A stretch of DNA of 64,000 nt from Verrucomicrobiota bacterium. GTDB lineage: Bacteria; Chlamydiota; Chlamydiia; Chlamydiales; SM23-39. The notes beneath the pieces were generated by a model. The model saw only the letters and a list, made by a program, of their open reading frames with translations, was not told the origin of the DNA and ran no database searches. Shown here piece after piece: positions 19,377 to 28,949 of this stretch (positions are counted from its first letter, which is position 1; each line of letters opens with the position of its first letter). Both the position numbers and the translations under genes were made by a program. The stretch covers positions 11,763 to 75,762 of the forward strand of contig JAGWKU010000001.1 in NCBI GenBank assembly GCA_028873375.1, given 5' to 3'.

Positions 19377-20335
19377 GCTTCAATCCTCTCTTTTAAATTC
19401 GAAGGGACCGAATCGAAGGCGTAGGGAAAGAGGGTCGGATTGGGAGAGGGATTTTTTTGAAAGAGTTGTGAAATCTCGTTGAGTTCGATGCATTCTCCCG
19501 CCTGCATCAAAAAAGCGCTTGGGTCGCGATTAGGATCTACTTTCTCACGACATAGAAAATACATCGGGCGCTGGCAACAGAGAAAATCATAGCCGATAGA
19601 AGACATATCGCCGATATAGATGTCGGTGCGGGCAAGAAGAGGATAGATAGGAGGAAAGTTTTCGAGAAATTCGACATTGGATGGAGCTTTCCCTTTGCAT
19701 TGTTCGATTCTCGGGCTGTGGAGTCGTTCGGTATTGGGATGGAGTTTGATCAAGAGAGTACGATCTTTAGGTACTTGTTGGATGAGTTGGGAATATGCTT
19801 CCCAAAAAGTGCCATTGTTTTCGCAATCTTCCCAAGTTGGCGCATAGAGAATGAAGCGCCTTTTTCCAAACCGCTGTTCAAGCAGCTTTTCATAGAAAGG
19901 GCGGTGTTTTTCGCTGTAAACTTTCCGGAAGTTGCCAACTGAAATCTGGGGGACTGAAATGTTTTTTGCGTAGAGGACATCGCGCATCTTTTGACCATAG
20001 ACGAGCAGAAATTGTTCGCAGCCAAGGGCTTCAAAGAAGGGGCTTTTCCAGCCTTTGTCGGAAAGGCCATGAGGGAGCCACATCATTTGAACAGGAGGAT
20101 GGTGAGGGCTGAGAGCCGCTTCGAGAAGGGGGCGACTGACGCAAGTGACAAGACAGGGAGGATGGAGATCTCCCATTTTTTTTTGAATGACTTGGAGATC
20201 GGGATAATAGGTTTGGCATGCGTCGGCGATCGAATCTTCCCAGACAATCAGAGGCCAATCCATGAGAGCGCAAAAGGGGCCGAGATGATCGAGATAGTGA
20301 AAGGATTCATCAAAAATCAAACCGGCGTATTTCAT
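19367..20335 (-). CDS. CDP-glycerol glycerophosphotransferase (TagB/TagF)-like protein, paralog 2
   Basis: ILYAPTWED, LIKLHPNT and DIYIGDMSSIGYDFLCCQRPMYFL. It is clearly paralogous to the downstream gene and overlaps it by 10 nt. Confidence 0.65.
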   Translation of the reverse strand: MKYAGLIFDESFHYLDHLGPFCALMDWPLIVWEDSIADACQTYYPDLQVIQKKMGDLHPPCLVTCVSRPLLEAALSPHHPPVQMMWLPHGLSDKGWKSPFFEALGCEQFLLVYGQKMRDVLYAKNISVPQISVGNFRKVYSEKHRPFYEKLLEQRFGKRRFILYAPTWEDCENNGTFWEAYSQLIQQVPKDRTLLIKLHPNTERLHSPRIEQCKGKAPSNVEFLENFPPIYPLLARTDIYIGDMSSIGYDFLCCQRPMYFLCREKVDPNRDPSAFLMQAGECIELNEISQLFQKNPSPNPTLFPYAFDSVPSNLKERIEACF

Positions 20336-20382
20336 AAATGGTCATTTTGCAATAATAGCGAGTTCCTCGGGAGAAAAATCGT

Positions 20383-21429
20383 TTGGAAGCGTGGTTTCTA
20401 GAAAATCGTAGATCTTTTCCTTGGCGAGACAAGCCGACCCCTTATCGAATATGGGTCTCTGAAGTGATGTTGCAGCAGACGCGAGCTCAAGTTGTTGGCC
20501 CTTATTTTGAACGGTGGATGAAGTTATTTCCCGATATAGTGACTCTCGCCGCAGCGCCTCTTGAACAGGTCATCAAGGCATGGGAAGGACTTGGCTATTA
20601 CAGCAGAGCGAGAAATTTGCATGCAGGAGCGCAGCAAGTGATGCGCGAATACAACGGTGAGCTCCCCTGCTCAAAAGAAAAATTACTGTCGATTCGAGGG
20701 CTCGGGCCTTATACTGTTGGAGCAATTTTAAGTTTTGGCTTTCATCAGCGAGCAGCTGCGGTAGATGGAAATGTAGAGCGAGTTGTCACTCGATATTTCT
20801 GGATTGCTGAAGATGTCAAAAAAGTGGCGACAAAAAGAAAAATTGAACAGGCAGCAGAAGGGTTGTTGAATCGAGAACAGCCTTGGGTGACTGCAGAGGC
20901 ATTGATTGAATTGGGTGCAACCATATGTTTACCTAAGCCGCGGTGCGAGGCGTGCCCTTTGCGAATGAGCTGCCAAGCGCATGCGAAAGGACAAGTTGAT
21001 TCGCTTCCATTGAAACCAATACCGCCCAAGATTGAAAAGATTGTAAGAGGAGTTGCGATTGTCGAAGCCGAAGGGTGTGTTTTGCTCCGAAAAAATCCAG
21101 AAGGACAGCTAATGGGAGGTTTGAGCGAATTTCCTTACTTTGAGGGAAAGCAGACGTTACGAGCGGTTCAAAAAGAGCTTGAGGGATTGCTTGGAAAAAA
21201 ACTGGAACTCATGAGTCGGCTACCGCCTGTGGAACACTCGTTTACTCGGTTTAGCGCCCATTTATTTCCTTTCCATTTTCGATTGAAGAAAAAGGTTGAT
21301 CATCCCTCTTTCCCATGGGTTCCTATTGCAGAATTGGCACAGTATCCCTTTTCTTCAGGGCATCGAAAAATATTTCTCGAGCGTTGCAATTTTTGGCGCT
21401 CCTATGGTTTGCTCGAGAGCAAGTCATGA
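20383..21429 (+). CDS. mutY: A/G-specific adenine DNA glycosylase MutY
   Basis: FPWRDKPTPYRIWVSEVMLQQTRAQVV, HhH LLSIRGLGPYTVGAIL, catalytic VDGNVERV, Fe-S cluster CLPKPRCEACPLRMSC, and a C-terminal NUDIX-like domain. TTG start. Confidence 0.85.
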   Translation: MEAWFLENRRSFPWRDKPTPYRIWVSEVMLQQTRAQVVGPYFERWMKLFPDIVTLAAAPLEQVIKAWEGLGYYSRARNLHAGAQQVMREYNGELPCSKEKLLSIRGLGPYTVGAILSFGFHQRAAAVDGNVERVVTRYFWIAEDVKKVATKRKIEQAAEGLLNREQPWVTAEALIELGATICLPKPRCEACPLRMSCQAHAKGQVDSLPLKPIPPKIEKIVRGVAIVEAEGCVLLRKNPEGQLMGGLSEFPYFEGKQTLRAVQKELEGLLGKKLELMSRLPPVEHSFTRFSAHLFPFHFRLKKKVDHPSFPWVPIAELAQYPFSSGHRKIFLERCNFWRSYGLLESKS

Positions 21430-23228
21430 GAATATTGCATTTAGAAGCATCTCCCGGGTGGGGAGGACAGGAAATTCGGATTCTGCGCGAAGCAGAAGGA
21501 ATGCGAGCGCGTGGTCACGAGGTCTTTTTTGCAGTCACGTCGAACGGCGCATTAGGACTTCACGCTAAATCGGCTGGATTTACATCGTATCTCCTTCTTT
21601 TTAAAAAGCTTGCATGGCCATTTACGCTGTTTCGATTGCTGTGGATTTTGTGGAAACATCAAATTGATCTCGTCAATACACACTCTTCCCTCGACGCCTG
21701 GATTGGGGGCATTGCAGCTCGCTTGGCAGGAAAAAAAATTCTTCGCACTCGCCATCTCTCTACCCCGGTAAAAAATGGCTGGAACAGTCGAGTTGTTTAT
21801 GGGACCTTGGCTGATTTTGTAGTGACCACGTGCTCGGGCGTGATTCCTTCACTGTCCCAGCAATCGGAAAAACCAATTTCTCTTTTTTGCTCTGTAGCGA
21901 CAGGAGTGGATCCTACGAAAATCCAGGTTAATCGGGAAGAAGTGAGAGAGTTCCGAAAGAAATGGGGCATAGAATCGACCGATTTTTTAGTAGGGACTGT
22001 TTGTTTCATGCGCTCGTGGAAAGGGATTGAAGACTTTCTTAAAGCTGCAAATGCTCTTCGCGAAGAAAAGGGATTGAAATGGGTCATCGTAGGCGGCGGC
22101 CATGCAGAAAAATATCGGGCGTTGGCAAAAGAGATGAATCTCAACTCTATTGTTTATTTTACGGGACATTTAGAGCAGCCTTTCCCAGCGATCGCCTCAT
22201 TAGATGCATTTGCCCTTTTGAGTACCGCGCATGAAGGAGTTTCACAGGCGATTTTGCAGGCGGCTTACTTCAAAAAGCCATTGATTGCGACGGCGACAGG
22301 CGGACTATGCGAAGTTTGTTTGGATGGAAAAACGGGAATTCAAGTTCCTTCTTTTTCTCCCACAGAAGTCGTGGCTGCCGTTCGTAAATTAAAAGAAGAT
22401 CGCTCCCTTTGTCATCGTCTAGGAGCACAGGCACATCAATTAGTTCTCGAGCAGTTTACGTTCCAACGGACGCTCGATGAAATGGAAACTATTTATAGGA
22501 GAATGAGCATGAAAAACGAATTGGACTGGAAAGAGAGAATTTTACAGTATTATTTTTTTCATAAAAATAAGGTGTATACCTACGCTGGAACAGCTCTCGG
22601 ATGTGCTGCCCTTATCATTGCCTATTTGACGACAGGCCCCAGTGGAGCTGAAGTCGTAAAAGCAAGAGTTGCTTTCGAAGAATGGAAAAAATCTCCAACG
22701 GATGAAAAGTTGGCTAAGAAGATGCATCAGTCGCTTCGAAAACTACCTGGATTGGAGCGGGCAGTCGAAGCAGAAATTGCCCAGACATTGCTAGCGGTAG
22801 GAAGCGTGGAAAAGGCGGAGCCAGCAATTCAAAAGTGTGTTGCTCGACTGAAAGAAATTTCTCCTCTTCATGCTTCTTTTGCAGAGACGAGTTTGCTCAT
22901 TGAGAAACGGCAATATCAAGAGGCATTAGAAAAAGCGGTAGCGCTCAAAGAAGTGATTGAAAAGACATTGGATAGCAAGGTGTGGAAAAGCGATCGTTTG
23001 CAAGGGGGCTCAGCGCTCTATGTATGTAATTTATTGCGGATTGCTTGTCTGCAAAAGCAGCTCAATAATGGTCCTGGCGAGCTCGCTGCTTTAGAAGAAG
23101 TGAAAGGACTATTAGAAGTAGATGGAGAATCTTCAGCAGCGGCTCAATTTCTACAAGCGAATTTTACGCAGAAGTCGTACTCGCTCGCCGATTATATTTC
23201 TCTGCGAGAACGAACGATTGTTCGTTAA
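21426..23228 (+). CDS. GT4-family glycosyltransferase fused in frame to a TM plus helical-repeat (TPR-like) C-terminal region
   Basis: ATG at 21426 overlaps the mutY stop (ATGA). MRILHLEASPGWGGQE.. then ..STAHEGVSQAILQAAYFKKPLIATATGGLCEV is a GT-B/GT4 pattern over about 360 aa. A 240-aa region with one TM and helical repeats follows. An internal AGGAGA plus ATG sits at 22497-22511. Confidence 0.75.
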   Translation: MRILHLEASPGWGGQEIRILREAEGMRARGHEVFFAVTSNGALGLHAKSAGFTSYLLLFKKLAWPFTLFRLLWILWKHQIDLVNTHSSLDAWIGGIAARLAGKKILRTRHLSTPVKNGWNSRVVYGTLADFVVTTCSGVIPSLSQQSEKPISLFCSVATGVDPTKIQVNREEVREFRKKWGIESTDFLVGTVCFMRSWKGIEDFLKAANALREEKGLKWVIVGGGHAEKYRALAKEMNLNSIVYFTGHLEQPFPAIASLDAFALLSTAHEGVSQAILQAAYFKKPLIATATGGLCEVCLDGKTGIQVPSFSPTEVVAAVRKLKEDRSLCHRLGAQAHQLVLEQFTFQRTLDEMETIYRRMSMKNELDWKERILQYYFFHKNKVYTYAGTALGCAALIIAYLTTGPSGAEVVKARVAFEEWKKSPTDEKLAKKMHQSLRKLPGLERAVEAEIAQTLLAVGSVEKAEPAIQKCVARLKEISPLHASFAETSLLIEKRQYQEALEKAVALKEVIEKTLDSKVWKSDRLQGGSALYVCNLLRIACLQKQLNNGPGELAALEEVKGLLEVDGESSAAAQFLQANFTQKSYSLADYISLRERTIVR

Positions 23229-23674
23229 TCGTGTTCGTCGCCGGAGGATGCGCGGGGCATTTTATGCACTTTGTTTTCCGCAACGATTTGGGCATGGCGG
23301 GTATAGTAGTGATAAGACGTCCCTGCAAGCAAGCCCATCAATCCGAATAGAAGGAAAGGAATGAAAATGGCTACAACCATTTCAATAGCGCCTAAGACGA
23401 GCTGTGTAGTTTTTTCTTGTTTGTGGCGAAAGCCGTAAAGATGTTTGAGACCTTTCTCGACGGGAGACGGGAAGAAAACGCCCAAGAGCGCTCCGACAGC
23501 GAGAAAGATGATGGTCAATGCAGGTCCAGTAAAGAAATTGAAAATACTTGAAACGGCTCCGATGATGACCGCTAGAACAGTAAATACTTCAGTGGTGTGT
23601 TTACGCGCGAAATGTTCGATCTGCTCAACCGAAACGCCTTCTTTCAACTTTTCGGTGAAGTTGTTCTTATCCAT
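23225..23674 (-). CDS. hypothetical membrane protein (149 aa, four hydrophobic segments arranged as two bilobed pairs)
   Basis: ATG start. Hydrophobic hairpins VLAVIIGAVSSIFNFFTGPALTIIFLAVGALLGVFF and LVLGAIEMVVAIFIPFLLFGLMGLLAG. The stop overlaps the convergent GT gene by 4 nt. Confidence 0.5.
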   Translation of the reverse strand: MDKNNFTEKLKEGVSVEQIEHFARKHTTEVFTVLAVIIGAVSSIFNFFTGPALTIIFLAVGALLGVFFPSPVEKGLKHLYGFRHKQEKTTQLVLGAIEMVVAIFIPFLLFGLMGLLAGTSYHYYTRHAQIVAENKVHKMPRASSGDEHD

Positions 23675-23851
23675 GACCCGAGCTCCCCTCTATTTAAACT
23701 TCCATTAATTATCATTTAATTCTCTAATTTAATTATTCGCAATCTTTTTCCCGTGACCTCAGGGGGCGGAGGCTTATTCTAAAATTTTTATTCAGAAAAA
23801 CTTAAGTTTCTTGCTTTCACTTTATTTTCCCAATCTCCTAAACTAACCTGT

Positions 23852-25063
23852 TTGTTTAATATGATCATGCACTTACGAGACTGTCTTTTTTTGGGCCTTG
23901 AACGGATCTCATGGCTGGGAAGTTTGGTGCTAATCCTCAGCAACTTACCGGCCATTGGTCTATATGTTCAGCTATTGTCTGTCGACCACCCATGGATTGG
24001 GGGATATGAGCATGTAAAGCCAATACCCCCTTCTGTTGATATTCGTCTTCAGCTTGCTGAAGCTCCTGTTGTTGTAGGCGATGCACGCGAGCAGATTTCT
24101 TTTTCTCTCGATCCTCCTCGTCCAGCCTCTTCTTTAAAAGGTTCAGGCCTTCTCGTCCGGTTAAACGAAAGTAAGCAGTCAAAGCGGGTGGAAGTGCCTG
24201 TCCGGCTACCGATCGAGTTCAATAAGACGGGGGTGCTCCAATTTTCTTCGGGAGATGGCCGGTTTTGGCTCGATTTGCGAGTCGGTGATGCAAGGTGTGC
24301 TGAAGCAGCATTGGTCTATGAGACTTTAACCGGGGATACAACCGAGCAACAAATTTGGCCAGTTGTTGCTCAGGAGACGCCCATTCAATCAGCCGAAGAA
24401 TTTCCTGAATCTAGCCCTTTTCGAGAGCTGGGAGAAGCCCGCTGGTGGGGAACCGACCTGTTTTTAGAAGAATATAAAGGCGGAGAGGCGATCCATCGGT
24501 TGGAAATGGGGTCAGGAGGAACATTTCTCGATGTTTCTATGAATGCTTGGCTCGTATTCAAAGACCACCAATGGCAATCCATTGCTCAGATAGAAGAAGC
24601 TCAAGGCCTGCCGATTGCTCGCATCAAAAAGGCAACCTCTCATGGATTAGAGCTAGAAGGATGGGAGGCATCTTCGCACGTCTGTTTGCGCCTTCCGCCG
24701 ACCTTATCAACGCCATTGAAAATGCGGAGCGAGGATTTCTTTGCGCAGTTACGGGTCCGTTCCGAGAAGCAGATTAGCTGCATGATGGATAAACAATGTT
24801 TGATTTTAAAAGTCGGAGACTGGGTTTTGAAGACAGACCAACGATGGCGGATTTTACGAAAAGAAGAAGAAAAAAATGCTTATGTAAAAGGCGAGTTAAC
24901 AGGCGATTTGTTTGTCTTCGATTGCATTGAAACTAAAGGCGCTGTCAAAAATGTTTGCGGACACTATTTTCCCGCCGTGCGCACCCAAAAGGCTACAATG
25001 GAATGTCCTGTGCAACGGCGCCAAGGGCCTGGCGTTCATAAAGGGCGAGGGAAGAACCGATGA
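23852..25063 (+). CDS. hypothetical membrane-anchored protein coupled to gspD (possible T2SS accessory or GspC-like role)
   Basis: N-terminal TM WLGSLVLILSNLPAIGLYVQLL. The stop overlaps the gspD ATG (ATGA). Start is ambiguous (TTG 23852, ATG 23861 or 23867). No family recognised. Confidence 0.5.
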   Translation: MFNMIMHLRDCLFLGLERISWLGSLVLILSNLPAIGLYVQLLSVDHPWIGGYEHVKPIPPSVDIRLQLAEAPVVVGDAREQISFSLDPPRPASSLKGSGLLVRLNESKQSKRVEVPVRLPIEFNKTGVLQFSSGDGRFWLDLRVGDARCAEAALVYETLTGDTTEQQIWPVVAQETPIQSAEEFPESSPFRELGEARWWGTDLFLEEYKGGEAIHRLEMGSGGTFLDVSMNAWLVFKDHQWQSIAQIEEAQGLPIARIKKATSHGLELEGWEASSHVCLRLPPTLSTPLKMRSEDFFAQLRVRSEKQISCMMDKQCLILKVGDWVLKTDQRWRILRKEEEKNAYVKGELTGDLFVFDCIETKGAVKNVCGHYFPAVRTQKATMECPVQRRQGPGVHKGRGKNR

Positions 25064-27399
25064 AGCCTAAAAAATGGTGGATTTTCTTTTTAGCCTTCCC
25101 TTTGTGGGGAGAAGCTGAAGGAGAGACTGCTGAAAGTCCTTCCGAAGCAGGTTCGTCCTTTTTAAAAGCCGACGCAGAAGGGGCGATTCGCTTCAATTTC
25201 TCGCTGCGTCAATGGAAAGACTTACTCAAAGAAAAATTTCTCGCTGCTGAGCAGTTGATGAATAGCGGAGCTCCTGAGGGAGAGTTTGCGCCGCTTCTTG
25301 CTGAAGTGCGAAACATTCGAACAAAGATCAGCCAGTTAGAAGAACAATGGCGCCGCACAGCAGCCAATGAAGTGGCTGGAGGAGAGGAGCCCTACGCTCT
25401 CTGGGATATGGGAGAGACGACGGTTGCTCAGCTTGTCATGGAATATGGAGCTGCTGACAGCTTATACATCATTCCGCCCGAACTGAGTTCGATGAAGATC
25501 AGCTTGTTCACTAACCTTCCTTTGCCGCGGGAGACGTGGAGCGACCTGATTGAAGCAATTTTGATCCATAACGGGGTAGGTGTTAAGAAGATAAATGCAA
25601 ATGTAAAGCAGCTTTACATTTTAAAACTCGATCCTTCAGCGATCGAGGCGGTCGTTGATCGAGAAGAAAAATTAAGCCTCTTTGTGAATCATGCCCGCCT
25701 CTTTTTCGTCTTGACTCCTCCTCCAGAACAAATCAAAGCGGTCCAAGCCTTTTTTGAGCGTTTTTCGGATCCTAAGCAAACCACAGTTCAGGCGATGGGA
25801 TCAAAAGTTATTTTGGTTTCATCTAAAGAGACAATCGAAAAATTATTGGGCCTTTACCACACGGTCTGGGAAAGCAATACGGGAAAAGTAGTTCGGCTTA
25901 TCTCGCTGGTGAAGATGCAGGCAACTGAAGCTGAAAAGGTGTTGAAAGCAGTCTTTTCAGATAGTTCGACCAAAGCGCGACCTTCTTTTTATCCTTCAGG
26001 CGCAGATGAATTGATTGTATTGACGCTGCCGCAAGGACTTGTGCTGATTGGAGAGAAAGAAACGGTCGATCGAGGGCAACACATTTTAGAAGACTTGGAA
26101 AGTCAGCTCGAAGACCCGGGCGAGAAAGTCATCTATTGGTATACCTGTAAACATTCGAATCCCGAAGACATTGCGGCAGTTTTAGAAAAAATTTACGACT
26201 CCTTGATTGGATCCAATTTTGACAAGAAAGCAGAGCCTCCACCCCCACCTCCCCCTGTTCCTCCGGTGCCCCCGCAAGAACCGAACGGAGCGCAAATTTT
26301 TCCGCCACCGAGCAATGCCTATAATCCCATTCTTCCTGCCCAGGCTCCTTTCATGCAGCCGGGAGTTATTGAGAAGAAAGCGAATACCAATTTTGGAAAT
26401 TTCGTGGTCGATAACAAGACGACCTCGATCTTGATGGTTGTAAAGCGAGAAGAGCTGCCAAAAATCAAAAGTTTGATCAAGCGGCTCGACGTGCCCAAAA
26501 GAATGGTACAGCTCGATGTTCTCCTCGTGGAGAAAAAATTGCATGACCGTCGCCAGGTGGGCTTTAATTTGCTGCAAATCGGGACGAATTCAAGCGGAGT
26601 CAAAGAGTCAGCCATGACTTTTGACAACAACGCGAGTGCTTTTCATCGCGGCATTCTCAGTTTTATTTATAGCAAGCCGAACAGCAGCGGATCCCCCGCG
26701 ATGGATCTCGTCTATAACTTCCTGCTTGCTCAAGAAGATATTCGGATCAATGCAAATCCTTCTGTGTTGGCGATTAATCAAACACCGGCCACCGTTTCAA
26801 TTGTAGAGGAAATTTCGATCAATAACGGCGCGATCCAATTGAACACTCAGGCAGGTGTAACTGTTGAGCAGTCGTATACTCGTGCTCAGTACGGTATTAC
26901 CATTCTCCTAACACCGACGATTCACTTGGCCGATAGTGAAAACACCGATGAGCTCGCACGACCTGGCTTTGTCTCTCTCCAAACCAATTTGGAATTTGAC
27001 ACAACTCAGATGACGGCGAACGATCGACCTCCTGTGACGCGTCGCCATGTTGAGAACGAAGTGTGTATTCCAGATGGAGAGACGGTGATCCTGGGTGGAT
27101 TGCGTCGAAAAATTGAAGAAGATACCCGCGATAAAATCCCATTCCTCGGAGATTTGCCAGGAATTGGCAAACTCTTTGGCCTCACCAAATCGGTCGATAC
27201 CAATACGGAGATGTTTATTTTTATCACTCCTCACATCATTCACGATCCAGTCGACGATCTGCGACAGATTCGACAAACAGAGTATCAATTGCGAGCAGGA
27301 GACGTGCCAGAATTTTTAGCCTGCATCGATGAAGCCAAAGCTAAAGAGCGAAGGAAGCTGTTTGGGAATAGTATGAAAATGTTGTTTGATATGTATTGA
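25060..27399 (+). CDS. gspD: type II secretion system secretin GspD
   Basis: Signal peptide, N-domain repeats, and a C-terminal secretin core (..NPSVLAINQTPATVSIVEE.., IPFLGDLPGIGKLFG, MFIFITPHII). Confidence 0.85.
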   Translation: MKPKKWWIFFLAFPLWGEAEGETAESPSEAGSSFLKADAEGAIRFNFSLRQWKDLLKEKFLAAEQLMNSGAPEGEFAPLLAEVRNIRTKISQLEEQWRRTAANEVAGGEEPYALWDMGETTVAQLVMEYGAADSLYIIPPELSSMKISLFTNLPLPRETWSDLIEAILIHNGVGVKKINANVKQLYILKLDPSAIEAVVDREEKLSLFVNHARLFFVLTPPPEQIKAVQAFFERFSDPKQTTVQAMGSKVILVSSKETIEKLLGLYHTVWESNTGKVVRLISLVKMQATEAEKVLKAVFSDSSTKARPSFYPSGADELIVLTLPQGLVLIGEKETVDRGQHILEDLESQLEDPGEKVIYWYTCKHSNPEDIAAVLEKIYDSLIGSNFDKKAEPPPPPPPVPPVPPQEPNGAQIFPPPSNAYNPILPAQAPFMQPGVIEKKANTNFGNFVVDNKTTSILMVVKREELPKIKSLIKRLDVPKRMVQLDVLLVEKKLHDRRQVGFNLLQIGTNSSGVKESAMTFDNNASAFHRGILSFIYSKPNSSGSPAMDLVYNFLLAQEDIRINANPSVLAINQTPATVSIVEEISINNGAIQLNTQAGVTVEQSYTRAQYGITILLTPTIHLADSENTDELARPGFVSLQTNLEFDTTQMTANDRPPVTRRHVENEVCIPDGETVILGGLRRKIEEDTRDKIPFLGDLPGIGKLFGLTKSVDTNTEMFIFITPHIIHDPVDDLRQIRQTEYQLRAGDVPEFLACIDEAKAKERRKLFGNSMKMLFDMY
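25599..25621. repeat. palindromic repeat copy 4 (aaatgtaaagc-a-gctttacattt), inside gspD
   Basis: Perfect 11-1-11 palindrome. It is in frame in gspD, encoding ..NVKQLYIL.. Confidence 0.95.
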
Positions 27400-27400
27400 G

Positions 27401-28948
27401 ATGACGGAAGAGACCCTTGCGAAGCGATTTGACCTCCCTGTCTTAGAAGATGTGATGCTCTGCAAGCTCGTGCGCGATCGAATTCCTCTCGTCCCTTATT
27501 CTTTTGCAAAACAAAAAAAAATTCTCCCTGTTGAGGAGAACGAGCGCGAATGTATCATCGCCCTCTCTGATCCGACTGACTTAGAAGCGATTGAAGAACT
27601 CCGTCTTCTCTTAAAACGTCCTCTAAAAATGGCCTATGCTTCTCGATCAGCCATCGAACTTGCCATCGAGCATTGCTATCGGCAAAAAGAGGGAGAAGCG
27701 AGCAAGCTTATCACTGGAGTAGATGCCAAGGAAACAGCTTCTGAGTCTCCCGACGACTATGACCTGTTGGAGAGCAAGGAAGAAAATCCAATCATTCGGA
27801 TGGTCAATGCGATCCTGCTTGAGGCAGTTCAACAAGGCGCTTCTGATATTCACTTTGAGCCGACTGAAGAGGGATTGGCTATTCGTTACCGCATTGATGG
27901 TGTGCTTCATCGGCGCCATCAGCCTCCTCGTGGAATTGAGTTGCAATTGTTGACCCGCATCAAGGTCATGGCCAAATTGGACATTGCCGAGCATCGATTG
28001 CCGCAAGATGGACGGATTAAATTGAAGCATGGAGGAAGAGAAACGGATCTGCGCGTCAGTACACTTCCTACTGTGCATGGAGAGCGAATCGTTCTTCGCA
28101 TTCTCGATAAAGGGAATATCTTTTTGGGGCTCGATCAAATTGGAATGGACGAACCTCTTTTAAAAGAGATGCGAAAATTAATTCGCATGCCCGAAGGAAT
28201 TGTTCTTGTTACTGGTCCCACAGGAAGTGGAAAAACGACAACGCTGTACAGCGCCATTGCCGAAATCAATGAGCCTGATACCAACATCATGACGATCGAA
28301 GATCCGGTAGAATATAAGCTCAATGGGATTTCGCAGATGAACGTCAATCCGCGGATCGAACTCGATTTTGCAAAGGGGCTGCGTCATATTCTGCGTCAAG
28401 ATCCCGATATCATCATGATTGGAGAAATTCGGGATCGAGAGACGGCGGAGATTGCAATCCAGGCTTCGTTGACCGGACATTTAGTTCTCAGCACGTTACA
28501 CACGAATGATGCTCCTTCTGCATTGACTCGTCTAGCCGATATGGGCATTGAGCCTTATCTTCTTGCCTCCTCGATTCTCGGTGTATTAGCCCAGCGTTTG
28601 GTTCGACGCATTTGTTCTGATTGCCAAGAGGCCTATGCGCCTACTGCAGAAGAAATGGCCGAATTGAAACTAAAGTTTAGTCGTACCCAATTTCACCGGG
28701 GGAAGGGGTGTGAAAAATGCTTCCTTTCAGGATATCGAGGCAGGCTTGGAGTATATGAACTCATGCCTGTCACTTCTCGCATCAAGACCCAAGTTTTGAA
28801 GAGTCAAGATTCGGAAGAGCTGCGAAAAGCAGCGCTCTCTCAAGACATGATCACTCTTTTTTCGAAAGGAGTGGAATTGGTTCGAGCTGGTCTCACGACG
28901 AGTGCAGAGGTGCTCCGAGTCACTCGAATGGTAGAAGAGGGAGTCTAA
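27401..28948 (+). CDS. gspE: type II secretion ATPase GspE
   Basis: Walker A GPTGSGKTTT, Walker B DPDIIMIGEIRD, His box GHLVLSTLHTN, and a tetracysteine CSDC..CEKC. ATG is 1 nt after the gspD stop. Confidence 0.9.
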   Translation: MTEETLAKRFDLPVLEDVMLCKLVRDRIPLVPYSFAKQKKILPVEENERECIIALSDPTDLEAIEELRLLLKRPLKMAYASRSAIELAIEHCYRQKEGEASKLITGVDAKETASESPDDYDLLESKEENPIIRMVNAILLEAVQQGASDIHFEPTEEGLAIRYRIDGVLHRRHQPPRGIELQLLTRIKVMAKLDIAEHRLPQDGRIKLKHGGRETDLRVSTLPTVHGERIVLRILDKGNIFLGLDQIGMDEPLLKEMRKLIRMPEGIVLVTGPTGSGKTTTLYSAIAEINEPDTNIMTIEDPVEYKLNGISQMNVNPRIELDFAKGLRHILRQDPDIIMIGEIRDRETAEIAIQASLTGHLVLSTLHTNDAPSALTRLADMGIEPYLLASSILGVLAQRLVRRICSDCQEAYAPTAEEMAELKLKFSRTQFHRGKGCEKCFLSGYRGRLGVYELMPVTSRIKTQVLKSQDSEELRKAALSQDMITLFSKGVELVRAGLTTSAEVLRVTRMVEEGV

Positions 28949-28949
28949 A

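Noticed and set aside
21315-21425. The 37-codon N-terminal extension of the glycosyltransferase ORF.
   Set aside because: It overlaps the mutY 3' end. The ATG at 21426 forms an ATGA junction with the mutY stop and starts the canonical MRILH.. GT-B N-terminus.
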